Shown here piece after piece: positions 1 through 12,823 of a stretch of DNA of 64,000 nucleotides. Under the pieces are notes generated by a model. The model worked only from the letters and a program-made list of their open reading frames with translations, had not been told where the DNA came from and ran no database searches. The stretch is from Chiloscyllium plagiosum (Eukaryota). Made by a program: the position numbers and the translations under genes. The stretch lies in the NCBI RefSeq assembly GCF_004010195.1, contig NC_057711.1:76091817-76155816 (forward strand), written 5' to 3'. Within the stretch, counting starts at the first letter, position 1; each line of letters starts with the position of its first letter.

Positions 1-130
1 AGCTTATCTCTCCACCCTTCAGGCTCTCTGCCTTTATTCCTGATGACGGGCTTTTGTTCGAGACTTCGATTTTACTGCTCCTTGGATGCTGCCTTAACTG
101 CTGTGCTCTTCCAGCACCACTAATCCAGAA
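1..130 (+). mobile_element. 3' end of a Penelope-like element with a degenerate hammerhead motif
   Basis: Similar to 56610-56740, the 3' end of a GIY-YIG PLE. Contains CTGATGA (40-46)-CGGGCTTTTGTTC-GAGAC and the tail GATGCTGCC..CCAGCACCACTAATCCAG. Confidence 0.8.
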
Positions 131-554
131 CCTGTTACTGACTCACCTGCCTCCTCAGCAGTGAACCCCACATGACAATATTCCCTAGCTGTACTACATT
201 ATTTAACTTGCTCTGGGACTTGAAGGGTTTGGAAAATAGTTCTTTTGCCAGCAGACACAACCCCATCCGTCATGCAGCATGCAGGTACTCTCTGATTGAC
301 AGACAACTCTTTCTGGGCGGGATGACTGTGTACCCCCCCCTTTCCCTGGTCTTGTTTCCAGTGAATGGCCTGCCAATCTCCTCCTCACCAATGCACTTGG
401 CTTGACAATTTTCACTTGAAAATGCAGCACAGCTCTCTCACTGGCTCTCTAGCTATCAGGAGAAAACACCGACAACTTACACAGTTTTCATTCCATGAGA
501 GAACAGTCTTTCAAACACTGGAAGAATGCTCAATCCTATACTTCAATTCACAAT

Positions 555-692
555 AACAGTGCTGAAGAAGAGTCACTCAGACTCAAAACATTTCACTCTC
601 TACAAACACTGGCAGATCTGCTAAGTTTCTCTAGCACATTCTTGTACTTAGTTCAGATTTCCAGCATCCACAGTATTTTATTTTTTATATGT
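555..692 (+). mobile_element. Short PLE-end fragment with a hammerhead motif (GAGTC/GACTC stem II family)
   Basis: CTGAAGA (562-568), A, GAGTC-ACTCA-GACTC, then AAAACATT (GAAA mutated), followed by the tail TTCAGATTTCCAGCATC. Confidence 0.65.
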
Positions 693-2329
693 GTATTTGT
701 ATACATGCTACTTTAAACTCATAACATCTGAGACCCATTGCAAGAAGGCATTTTGTAGGATGGAAGTTGTGAGCAAGACTTGCAGGAGGGAAAAAAAGAG
801 TAGGGAAAATCAGAACCTCCCTTTCATTATCTGAATGATCGATTATCTTGCTGTCTGATTCCTCCCGGAAGATTTTTTTAAAATACTAGTTTACACTCTC
901 CCTTTTGTTATTAATTCATGTGTAGATACACAAACCTTGTAGATGACAATGTAAATGCTTTTAGGATGGAATTAATAGTGCCTAGAAGTACAAGTGGAGT
1001 TAGTCAGGGGTATTTGCCACTAGGTGGTATTGGTACTTTAGGCATGATGTTGATAAACAGGGATGAGCAAAATACATGTCCACCACTCAAGCAGTTCCTG
1101 GTGTATCCCTTATGAAATGATACACTTGTTCAGATCATTTTTTCATCCTTCTCAAATGACAGCATTGTTATCATGTAACACAATAAGTTACAAAAGGAAT
1201 AATTGCATTGATATGGAGCCTTTATGATCTCAGGACATCTCTAGGCACTTCATAGCCTTAACTATATTTAATGACAGTGCAACTGTACTGTCTGGGGATT
1301 GAATTTCATAGATTCAGCGCACTTAAACGGAAAGAATTCAATACATCTTAATTCTAAACAATTATTTTGGTGAAATTGTCCTCCCTTGTTTTAGATTATC
1401 TGACCAAGAGAAACAAGCCCCTCAGCTGCCATTCCAACAGCTTCAGGAAGGCATAGAAAATTCCACCCACTAATTCCAATCCTGATCAGACAAAAAAATT
1501 CCTCGCCTTTAGAGGAGTCCTGCTCGCTAGCTTCTGGCCAGGAGCCTTCTAACTGAAAGCAGCAAAGACAATTGGACAGGGGTTGAGTGGATCAATGTGG
1601 AAACCACCCTCAGCTACCCCACTCTGACACATCACCCAGGCCCCCCCCTTTTTTTTACAGCAGATTTCAAGGTCCTGCAGTTAATTTGCAAACCACTGAG
1701 AGAACGTAAGTGTGGAAGGTAAGCATGGGGGTGGAAGGCTGGTAACTGAGAGTAAGGTTGCAGGTTGCTGTGGAGGGTCAGGTGATAGGGTTCCAGGTGG
1801 CTGAAGAGATAGTGTGTCAGGTAAATGGAGGTGTCCTTAGAATAGCTCGAGAATTCAGGTCGCTGGGTCAGGGAATAGTTAGCTGCTGTCAGCGTGGGTC
1901 CAGTCGGTGGAGTGAGGGGTTGGTCCTGTCCATGAGTGGGGATGGATCAACAAAGGCAGGACGACACCAGGTATAATGGTTCCTGCCTTGTCACCCAATT
2001 TTATGTATACTCCCACCCGTTCCTATCTCATTCTCCCACTCCTCACTTGTGCTACCAATGTGCAATCAATACATCCAAGCAGTTAGCACACTGTCTACTA
2101 GGAATATCACCAAGTCCAATAGCATATGACAAACAGGGAGCAGATTAACTATTCAAATCACAATTTGGAAGCTTGATAAATCATCCGATTTTAGTGATTG
2201 TAGCATCTATCTGAAGAGGGACATTCTATTCTCTGTTGCACATGTTTGACAACCTAGACATTTTCTTTCTGCTCGCTATTACTCAACATTAACACACTTA
2301 TTATCATCACAGATTCCTCTCTCACTTTC

Positions 2330-3400
2330 TTCATGTCTGATTAGTGCAATGCTGATTGGTCTGAACTGGTTTCTGTTTTTCACAGTGTAGTACAATGATA
2401 ACTAATAAATGTGCATAATCTGGACTGGTTACACATTTTATAATTGCTGGTATCCATGTATTTATGTTTGTATTTCCTCTATATATTCTCTGTCCAATTC
2501 TCGGTTTTGGTAGTTCTCTATCTTCTGAATTGTTATTTATCTTTTTTATTCTCCTCTGTCCTTGAAAATGAATGTCCTGTGTCTCTGAATGGTTAGAACA
2601 GTTTGTTGCTGGGCACTGTTGTTCACACTTATCTCCAAGCATACTGCTGGGGATTGTAATTTGTCCTGCACAAAATTATAGCAATGCAGTGTGAAAATCT
2701 TGCTTTGTGCTCGCCATCAGATGATCATTGAATTGATACTAAGTACCATACATTCTGTTAGATCATTTGAGTGAGGTTTGTGGGGATCATTCATACTTAA
2801 TATATGTCTCAACATGAGTTGTGGTCCATTGTCAGATACTATCCGTTCTGAGATGCAGAATAAACTCAAAACAGTGGTCATTGTGTTAGTGATGGTTGCA
2901 CTCAATGTGTTGCCAAGCCTTCGAACAATGGGATATTTGGAGAAGTAATTCATAACAATGGAGTAATCTTCCCCTCATACTGTGAATAGGCCTGTTGCTA
3001 TATTCATTCAAAGAGTTTATGGGACATCATATAGTTGTAAAGGCAGCCTTTGCTTGTGTTGTTATAGTTGGCATGCATCACAATCTTTCTCGAGTTGTTG
3101 AATATCCTGGCCAGTGCACAGACTCACTTGCTGGTTGTCTGGTGAGTTCAATACCCTGTATCTGGGAACATCAACATGATATTCATCGTAACGTTTTTAG
3201 TATTGGGGCATGTTTGCCCTTGAAAATTACTTGTTGCGAAAATTATTCTGTGCGACCAAAATGAACAAACATTCAAAGTAACGTCTTTAATACTCTCATT
3301 CCTGGATCATGGTCTTTTGCAACTCTTATTGTGGTCATCTTTGGCAATTTCCTTTTGCAACTGTTCTCACTGGTTCTGACTAAGGTGTAACAGAACAACC
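2330..3400 (-). mobile_element. Decayed Gypsy (Ty3) integrase region
   Basis: Minus-strand translation gives QGIELTRQPASESVHWPG..DCDACQ (zinc-binding region) and NYFSKYPIV...ERIVSDNGPQ (DDE core). It is frameshifted and no LTRs were recognised. Confidence 0.8.
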
Positions 3401-4229
3401 TCTGATGTTCCTGTGGTGCAGTGAGTGCAGAGTAGCCCATTTCAGACCCTTCAAGCCAAGAAAGTCCTGACAGGGACAAGAACTTTCACCCACTAGTCAC
3501 GTGGGATTCATTATGTAATTAACTTTCCAGGATACTTGCATATGTGATGAGTTGAAAAGTGTGTAGTCATGCAAGAAAGCCCACCACAGGCCGAAGTGGA
3601 AGTGACACCTTTGAACAAATCTGCACATACTTTAATATAAAGCTTAGACCATTGTACCAAAAATATCAAAATCTCTTGCATGAGAGTCTTTGATGTAGAC
3701 GGAATTTCTGTTGGCGTCCTAGCCAGTATTCCTTCTTTGTACTTATGTGTATGTTAGGTGCACATTTGTGTATATTGGGTTATGAATTGTGTTTGTGTTT
3801 CGGCTGTGAGTTTTTGCTTGCCTGCATGTATTTGTATTTACTCATGGGGCTGGTTTTCTGCCAGAATTCACTCAAAACCTAAACAGGAGAACCACAGAAA
3901 TCCAGGCAAAACAGAGTAATGCTGTTTTCTTCCAGGATTTTGGTGAGTCTTCCTCTGCAATTACAACAGAGGGGCAAAGGAAACCCTGAGGAAACGTATC
4001 CCCCATATGTATGTATGTGAGTGATCAGACACATATGGGTGCATGGGAATCTGTGTGATTGTGATTGTAAGTTTGAATGCAAGATTTTTAACAATGTGTT
4101 TTTGGGATGTGACTGTCAGAGACAAGGCCAGCATTTATTGACCACCCCTACATCTTCTTGAGAAGGTGATATCTTTTCTCTGCTTCAATTTATTTTTTAA
4201 TTCCCTCACTGAACGTAAACATTGTTGCC

Positions 4230-4850
4230 TAGGCCAGCATTAATTCAACATCACTACTTGCCCTTGGATATAACTGAATGGATTGCTCGGTCATTTCAGA
4301 GGAGAGTTAGGAGTCAACCACACTGCTGCAGATCTGGAGTCACATGTAGGCAAGGTTGTCAGTTTCCTTCCCTAAAGGAATGGTTTCATCAGGCTGTTAA
4401 TTCCAGATTTTGATTTAGTTCAAACCTTTATCTCCCATGATGGGATTTAAAGCCAAGTCCACAGAATATTACACGTGTCTGGATTACTTGCTCCAGCAAC
4501 AATACTACGAGACCATCACTTCCCTACAGGCTAGATACATTTGCAATGCTTTATCCTGTGTATGTTTGATAGAATTCATTGGCTTACTGGGCCTTTTCCG
4601 AATGCAATGAATCAACTATATGGCTGTGGGTTTGAAGTCACATGTTGCCCTTAGAGGGAACGCGTGGCCGATTTCCACCCTTAAAGGGCATTAGTGGACC
4701 AGATGGATTATTTTTAAGACAATCCAGCAGTTTCCTGATAATTATTAATGAGAATAGCATTTTGCCCAAGTTTAATTTATTATTTTTATTTAAAATTCCT
4801 CAGCTGAATAGTAGGATTTGAATTCATCCCCTCAGAGTAGTAGCGTAAGG
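4230..4850 (-). mobile_element. Two decayed copies of a tRNA-derived shark SINE (about 4230-4520 and 4580-4850)
   Basis: Reverse complements resemble the 29560-29920 copy (GTGACTCCAG/AGGGAAGGAAA body, GAATTCAAATCC B-box-like head). Confidence 0.55.
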
Positions 4851-4879
4851 TTTGCAAGTCCTTTGTTACTGCCTCCATG

Positions 4880-4968
4880 ATGTGAGTGCATGAGTGAATG
4901 TGTATGTGTGTGTACGTGTGTATGTACGTGTATGTGTGTGTGTGTGAGAGAAAGAGAGAGAGAGAGAG
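4880..4968. repeat. Compound (TG)n/(GA)n microsatellite
   Basis: An imperfect TGTG/TATG run followed by GAGAGA. Confidence 0.9.
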
Positions 4969-5118
4969 ACTACTTGCTGCAAGTACCTGGGTATGTCTGC
5001 CTGCTTCTGTGTGTATGCTTATGTTTGTGGCTGCATTCAAGCACAGGAGCAGAAGCACATTGTGCACCACCGGGTGTGGATTGTGTTGTTTGTTTAAAGG
5101 ACAAACATAACAATGAAA

Positions 5119-5388
5119 TTAGGTGAGAGGTCAGAGAGGAAAGATTTAAAAGAGATCTAAGGGGTAGTGAGTGCTGCGTGTATGGAATGTGCTGCCAGAG
5201 GAAGTGAGTGAAGGCTGGTACAATTATAACATTTAAAAGGCATCTGGAAGGGTACATGAGTAGGAAAGGTTTAGAGGGGTATGGGCCAAATGCTGGCAAA
5301 TGGGGCTAGATCAGTTTAGGATATCTGGTTAGCATGGACAAATTGGACTGAAGGATCAGTATCCTTTCTGTGTACCTCTATGACTCTT
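5119..5388 (+). mobile_element. CR1 (HER1-like) LINE 3' fragment
   Basis: TFKRHLxGYMxRKGLEGYG coding end, a 3' UTR and a CTCTATGACTCT tail. Same family as 45172-46148. Confidence 0.9.
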
Positions 5389-8300
5389 GACTGGAGAGCT
5401 CTGAATCGTTCCCTGAAAGGACGGTTTTTAGTTCAAATCCAGAAGTTGTTTGTCAGTCTTACACCTGGCAGTTTCTGCTGACCTTAATAGTTGGGTCTCA
5501 TTTACGTCCTAGTGATTGACTGACCTTGTCAAACAACAAAAAGAGACTTGATTAAAGGGCTGCTAAAATAATATTAGAGTTCTATAGACTGCATTAGACC
5601 CTAATTAAAATATACCGTGAGATTACTACCCACTTTAGTGAGTGCCTCATCTACTTAAACTAAATATCCAGCTAAGTTTATGATGGGCACTAATGGAACA
5701 GGAACCTTGCAGTGAGTATTCGTGTCGCTGTTTTAAATTGCACCTATCCCATTTTTGACTGGGTGAAGTGTTTAAGTTTGATTGCTCTCCTCTACTCCAT
5801 TTACTCAAATGTTTGTTATGTGCTTTGTCCAGATGACGTATGCTAATAATTTGACTGGATATCCTCTCATAATGTAATTGCATCCGATATAAGTTTGATG
5901 TTGTTTTATGCATCTGTATGTGAACAAACTCTTCTAATGAATTATGGATATAATGATTCATGAATGATCCGCAATTTATTGGCACAAAGTGCAAGATACC
6001 ACCTGAATATTACTATACTCTTTTATTATGCACTGGAAGTGTGTAACCTTTATCTGAAATAAAATGATCTATATCTTTGATGCTGATATATATTGACCAC
6101 ATTTTAAAGCATTAATTAATTCAGTTTTCCAATTTGCTGCACTTTACACTGCTTTGTGCATACATCAACCATGTAAGTGAAATACGTAAATAGGATGGAA
6201 AAGAGATCATAATGCATCCTAATGATCACACAGGAAAAAAAGAAAATTCTCAGAATCTAACTATTGAATAGGAATGAAACTACAGCAAAAGTAATTAGGA
6301 GACAAGCTATTTAATTACAATCTAGAGAGTATTAGCATGGATGATATGCTTCAATCTCCCAACATTTGAGTTTATTGTTTAAACCTTTGCTGCAGCAGTA
6401 ACATGAGCATCGTTTTTGTTTTGGTTTTGTGTGCAAATTAATTTCATTTCTCCTATCCTAATATGTGGAGGCATCAACCTGAAAAATCCAATCATACCTT
6501 CCCATTATAATTTAACAGGTCTTTCCAAATTTTTCTGTTTGAGCACATGTGCTTTAAAATGAAAGACAGGTTAACATATTGGACTGACTCCAACTTGGGC
6601 AGAATTGTGAAGCAATGGAAACATTAATTATATAATTGCAAGACTCATGACATTGTATAATTAGAGGAGCTATTGTCCCTGATAAAGCTGAGGAGATGTA
6701 GGGTTCAATTTCAACTGTGCCTGGTAGAACCAGTGCTGGCACGGTGCATTTAATCTGGCAAAGTGCTTGGGTTTAGGCGCAGACAGCAGTAAAACTTAAA
6801 TCCAGCAAAACATCAGCACTTTGGAAGCAGCTCCTACCTGCAGTGCATTAGGAAGCTCATATAAAACAAATTCAGGAAGAGCAGATTGCTTGTGTCAAAT
6901 GTTTAACTGGTGTAATGTTTCAACTGACTTTAACGTTTAACTGGCCATGCAGAGATTTACTGGGCTTACTGGAACTCACCAGTGACAAGACAAGAACACA
7001 GTAGCAATGAAGGAACCAATTCAAAATGTGGAAATACTGAAACAAATCACCAATTCTCATGTGGCTGTTTTATCATCAGCTGGTGATGTCCATAATACTT
7101 TTACTAAGAGACAATTTTCTACCTTTTGGATGCTTGATGCATCCCATCAGAATGGGTGGTGCTCTGCCTATTTTAGATTGAACCTTGATAAGGAACAATC
7201 AAACATGGAGCAGCAGAAGCAGAAGCAGGCTTGTGTTCAGACACCTATAGCTGCAGCAGGGAGAACAGCAGGGAAGCGTAGCTTTCAGGACCATTTCCCC
7301 CCCCCTCCCCAACCCCCCACCCCAGGAAAATAGGGTGCATGGGCACAAGCTTAGCTTTCTTGATGAGTTCAAACAGTAATTCCTCAGCAGGCTTGGAATC
7401 TTATATCACATGGCCACAAACATCAGCAGCTTTCTCAAAGACGACTGGTTTCCTGCTGGACCTTGTGACTGTGTGTTTCCAGTGGCTATCAAAGACTCCA
7501 TTACTCAAACTCTTTTGTCTTTGTGTCCTTTTCCTGTGCAGAAATGTTCAGAGTCTCCCAGCCAGTGGTCCGTTGACAGTCAGCTGATGACTTGTTTACT
7601 AATGTCAGCAATTATGTCAACTCACAAAGGGATATCAACTAACTTGTGATGACCATGATTAGGCACTCAGCTTGTGATTTTGGTTGGTTTGCCACAGGTG
7701 CCGTGTGGCATTGCCTGTGCAGGTGGCAATCCAAAAATTGCCAGATCAACCATGAGGCAGTTGGGAGAGGGGGAGATTGGAAACAGTTTAAGCATGGGTG
7801 TGAGTGGAAGGTGTGATGGACATCTGAAGGGAGTGCAATGAAAGAGGAATATGAGTGGACAAAAGATCTGAGAAGGGAGAGTGAAGCTTTCAGATGAACA
7901 TAACCAAATGTGTAACTATACTTGAATTTCATATGTATTTACATCATTAAAGCACTGAATCCTTCAAAAAGAGACTGCTGTCCTTCTGAGATGCCTGCAC
8001 TATATCTTTAGGTTTTTCTCTTGCTTTGTTGAGGAGCAACATTTTGCTGTGGTTTACTTTACAGCCACCAGCAGAACATGAGAAGAGATGTTATTAAAGA
8101 GGGGTGCTAACAATCAATTTCCTGCTTTCAGCTTATAGGGGTTTGCTGTCTATGTTCCAACTCTCAACTCCTCCTCATGTTAGCATTGGTTTGACTCTTT
8201 AAACCCTAGATTTGCATTATTCAGGTCTGCAAGTCAAATGCTACCAGGAATTGGCCAACAAACCTGAAGATAAAAACAAATGAACTAGTTAAATAAAAAA

Positions 8301-8844
8301 GTCAATGGCAATTACATTGAACTTATTTTGGGATTTCCGGCACAATATTGGAATTGGATTTCCCAATGCACCTTAGAGATATTACCATGCCATTTATCTT
8401 TGTCATCTTTGAAGTTGGATAACTGTCCTTTTGCTAATTTAAATCTAAAAGTTATGATTTATTGATGCTACTCATGTTTCAATGTGATTTTAACCAGCAA
8501 TTATGAGGATGAGGGAATTGTTTGGTGTTAGAGAATGGATGCAGCAAAGTGGCCAGAAGAGGATAAGTTAAGCAACATTTTATGTTCTTCAGGTGGACAC
8601 AAGACCAGGTTAGAAGCTAGGAATCCTGCAGCAAGTAACACACCTCCTAGCTCTGCAAATCTGTCCACCACCTAGAAGGCACAAGTCAGGGGTGTGATGG
8701 AATATTCTTCACTTGCCTGGATGAATGCAACTCCACCAACAGTCAGGAAGCTCAACATCATCCAAGGAAAATGGTCCCTTTGATTGGGATCCCATCCACC
8801 TAAAGCAAAATGCAATCCCTTACAAGTGAGCTCCATGATATGGA

Positions 8845-9700
8845 GCTCCAAATAATAACAAGAACAGATGGAGGGCTTCCCCTTGTCCTCATGAAACCTC
8901 ACTAACCTCTGTATTCAAAATATCATCCTCCACCCTTTCTGTCAGCTTCAGCATGATCCCACTACCACATACATCTTCCCCTGGGTTCTCCTTGCAGCGT
9001 TCGGTATGAGGTATTCCTTCTGAGAAACACTAGCCCTCTCCTTCACTCCAATACTCTCCCATTGTCAAGGCACCTTTCTGCGCAAGCACAGGAGATGTTC
9101 TTTCATCTACAGCCTTCTCAATTATCCAAGGCCGCAAGCATTCTTCCAAGTGAAACATGATTTACTTGTTCTTTTTGCAATTTACTATATTGTATTTACT
9201 GATCAAAATATGATTTCCTCCACACTAGGTAAACCAAATGCATACTGATAACACCTCAGTTCAGTCCACAATCAGAAACCCGCGCTTCCGTTGCTTATCA
9301 CTTAATTCTCCACTTTAAGTCTCCCATGCTGATCTCAATTTCTATCCATAGCCTGGTTCAATCTTCCTTTCTGGACTCAATATCGAGTTCAATATCCTCA
9401 GATTATAACCTCTGCCTTTAAATTGTTCTGTGCTTTTTGCTTCTGTTTTTCTCTGGATTGGGTGGTCATATTTTGTTTTTGTCTGTATTCCTATATGTTA
9501 CATTCAGGCTTTCTTAATCACCCCTGCACTCCACCCCCTCACAAATCTCCTCCTTTGCTTTTCCTGCCTCCTTGCACTGATGTAAAAATTCTTACATTTC
9601 CATCTTGCTTCTTTTCTGATGAAAGGTTACCAGATCAGTAATGTTCATTTTGTTTCGCCCCACAGATGTTGCCTGAGTTTTCCAGTCGTTTGATTTTATG
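8845..9700 (+). mobile_element. Highly decayed Penelope-like element 3' part
   Basis: Resembles the GIY-YIG PLE region (TATATTGTATTTACTG..., CACTTAATTCTCC), followed by a pyrimidine-rich UTR, CTGATGAAAGGT at 9616 and a CACAGATGTTGCCTGAG tail. Confidence 0.6.
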
Positions 9701-11399
9701 TCTATTTCACTTGCCTGTTGCTCATCTGCAACAAATATCAAAAAGCCAACAATAAAGGCTGAAAATATTGAGACTTCAGGCAGCGTTTGTCAAAGAACAT
9801 GTCTTCATCAATGCTTCCAATCTCAAAACACTTTCCTATCCTTTCTCTAATCTTTCCATTTTCTAATCCTCTTTTTGTCTATAGATCTGCTGTGCCTTTT
9901 GAACTTTTTTTATTTATTTGTTTAATTACACTTGTTTGAACTAGAGGATCTAACTCATTTCAAGAATGTTAGAAATATTTCAAACGTGTAAGATAAAAGT
10001 GTTCAAACAGTTGATTGCTTCTCCAGAAGAGATAGTTAATTGTGTTTAACAACACAGTGAGCAGGTGGTGCAAAACAAAAGAGAGATTTATTGCCAGAAG
10101 TGGGCAATGAGTCATCAAATGAGTTCTACGACTCTTGGCATCAAGACCCCTTGGCCATGCTCCATGTGATGCTGCTGCGGGAGAAAACAGCACACTGGAA
10201 TAACTTCTCTGATATATAATTTATTGTCAAACATAAGGAGAAAAGTTACTTTGTTTACATGCTGAACCTTTGAGGACACAGCAAGGACTTTTTAAAAATT
10301 TAATGAATTTCTAAATGTCTTCTCTTTCAGCTCTGGTCTTTACTTACATAAGATTTATGCATGTTACATAGAATGTTTTTTATATTTTCTTATAAGTTTG
10401 TATTTGGCACCTATGATCTGAGTATCAGGTTTCAAAATATGGATGACAATTACCTTGACCTGACATGATAGAATTGCTCAAATAACTGAGGCTCATCTTG
10501 CTCTCTTTTATCATGTTCCTAGACTACTCTCATGCTTCCATTTCCACCTGTTGAGTTTTCATCTTTTTTACCAGTTTAAATGTCCTCTGTCACTTGTCTA
10601 TATTCTATTGTTGGATTACTCCCATTTTATCTTCTGTTGTGATCTACTAAGCTCCCATCATCCAACAGACCATCTCCTGTCCTCCAATTACATACTTCAT
10701 ATTATTCTATTCCAATTTTTCCTGCATGCATATTTTAGTACCTTTTTTTGCCTCTTCTGTCTAGTTATGTTCCTGTTTGAAATGTTATAATATATTCCAG
10801 TTACAACCCCCATCTCCACCCAAATCATTAATTTCTTTATCCTCTCCAAAGGTAATGTCTGACTTGCTACACATTTCCAGAATTTCCTGATCCATTTCAA
10901 ATTTTCAGTATCAGGATTTTTATTAACCGTTGTTCAACAGGATTTAAACACAAAGAGTAGTTCACCATTCCCACTTTATTCTGTTCATATCAATATTATG
11001 AAAACAGGGGATGGACTAAACCTAAATATTGCCTGAAGGAGAAGCTAAAAGTCTGTCCCACTCAAAATTAGTTAAATTAGGAGTGTTTCAATACATAAAG
11101 TTCACCTTAACAATATGTCCTCCACATTTCTGTCATTGTGATTAACTTGAGCAAAATTGAATCAAACATAAGCACATAGCCTTCACAGACTTGAAAATTC
11201 ACCATAAGAAAACCAACAGTCCACTAGGCATCCAAAAAGCAGTAATACAAACAAAACAAATAATAACAAGAACAGATGGTGTGAGAAAAAAGCAGAGGAG
11301 ATCACCGGCAGAAGCCTCTGTTCTGCACATGGCCTGCTCTAGCCATCATGCTGGTTTGGTGCTGAACATTGTGTACTCATCAGAAAGATCCCCATTTCT

Positions 11400-11572
11400 C
11401 ACCTTATGACGGAGGGAAGGTCATTGATGAAGCAGCTGAAGGTGGTTGGGTCCAGGATGCTACCCAGTGGAACTCCTACAGGCACATCCTGGAGCTGCGT
11501 CAACTGATATCTAACAACCGCAACCAAGTTCCTTTGTGTCAGGCATAACTCCAAGAAGTGGAGAGCCTTCAT
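11400..11572 (-). mobile_element. CR1-clade LINE RT fragment (second family)
   Basis: Encodes GVPLGSILDPTTFSCFINDLPSVIR, the RT GVPQGSVLGP motif. Confidence 0.85.
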
Positions 11573-12514
11573 TGTGCTCAGAAGTGTATTCTGGGACACA
11601 ATAAACATCCAGGTTACACAAATACTGAAAGGATGTGTTAGAAACGAAAATCGCTTCTCAATAATCGCTCTAGACAAATTCAGGAAAACAAAGTTTTATT
11701 AACAAGTCAAGTCTGCAGAGTCGGGCACCCTTGAAGAAAAGGCGCCACAGGATGTATGAATGGGAGGGTCACCAGGGAAGTTATACATTCTATATGAGAC
11801 TTGCTATTGAGTCTGGAGTGTTCAGTAAGTCCTGGATGTCTGACTAAGCATCTCATCCAACATTTGCCCTATGTGTTGCTCACTTGTGAGGAAATAGGTG
11901 CCTTTTCTTCCGATTCAAATTCCATTCAGAAAACATGGAATTCTTCGATCATGACTTTTACTTCACTCATTTTTGTCTTTCAAGACGTCCATCTTTTTAG
12001 ATCATTACAGTCCTTGTGCTTTTGTTTCTACGCTAGTGTACAGAGACGGTGCAATGGTGGTGATGCCAGCAAGGCAACATCTGGAAGGTGGGCAGCTGGA
12101 GTGGTGAGAAAACAGCCTGGTCTGGCAGTGGAGCTTGGACCTCTGGATGCAGTAGGCCCGTGCTGTACATCTCTATGACTTAGTCGCTCTAAGTCATTGC
12201 TCCGTGGTAAGATTCAAAATTTCGCCATTTACAGCTTGAGGGGAAAATCGAAAAAATCATTCTTAATGCAGAGAATAAGATTAGTTCATTTTCACTTTCT
12301 GGCTATTACTCATGTGACACCCGGGAGGAGAAATTCCACCCACATATGTTTAAAATACAACAATTTAGCATAAAAAACTGAAAACTTGACCAAAAAGAAA
12401 GCTGAAAATGCATTTACTGACAATTCATTGATATTTGTTCCAACTGAACTGTGCTCCTTAGGCTTCCTGACCAACAAATACAAATTAACAAAGTGGTGAT
12501 CCAGACCATTTGAG

Positions 12515-12823
12515 TAGATTAGGTTACTTACAGTGTGGAAACAGGCCCTTCGGCCCAACAAGTCCACACCGCCCTGCCGAAGCACAACCCACCCATACCC
12601 CTACATTTACCCCTTACCTAACACTACGGGCAATTTAACTTGGCCAATTCACCTGACCTGCACATCTTTGGACTGTGGGAGGAAACCGGATCACCCGGAG
12701 GAAACCCACGCAGACACGGGGAGAACGTGCAAACTCCACACAGTCAGTCGCCTGAGGCGGGTATTGAACCCGGGTCTCTGGCGCTGTGAGACAGCAGTGC
12801 TAACCACTGTGCCACCGTGCCGC
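12515..12823 (-). mobile_element. HE1-type tRNA-derived SINE
   Basis: Reverse complement starts GCGGCACGGTGGCACAGTGG (A box) with GGTTCAATACC (B box) and ends in an AATCT tail. Near-identical to 43182-43501. Confidence 0.92.

Noticed and set aside
11635..11861. Possible short solo LTR (TGTTAG...CCAACA, minus-strand AATAAA)
   Set aside because: No matching TSD and no second copy in the window.
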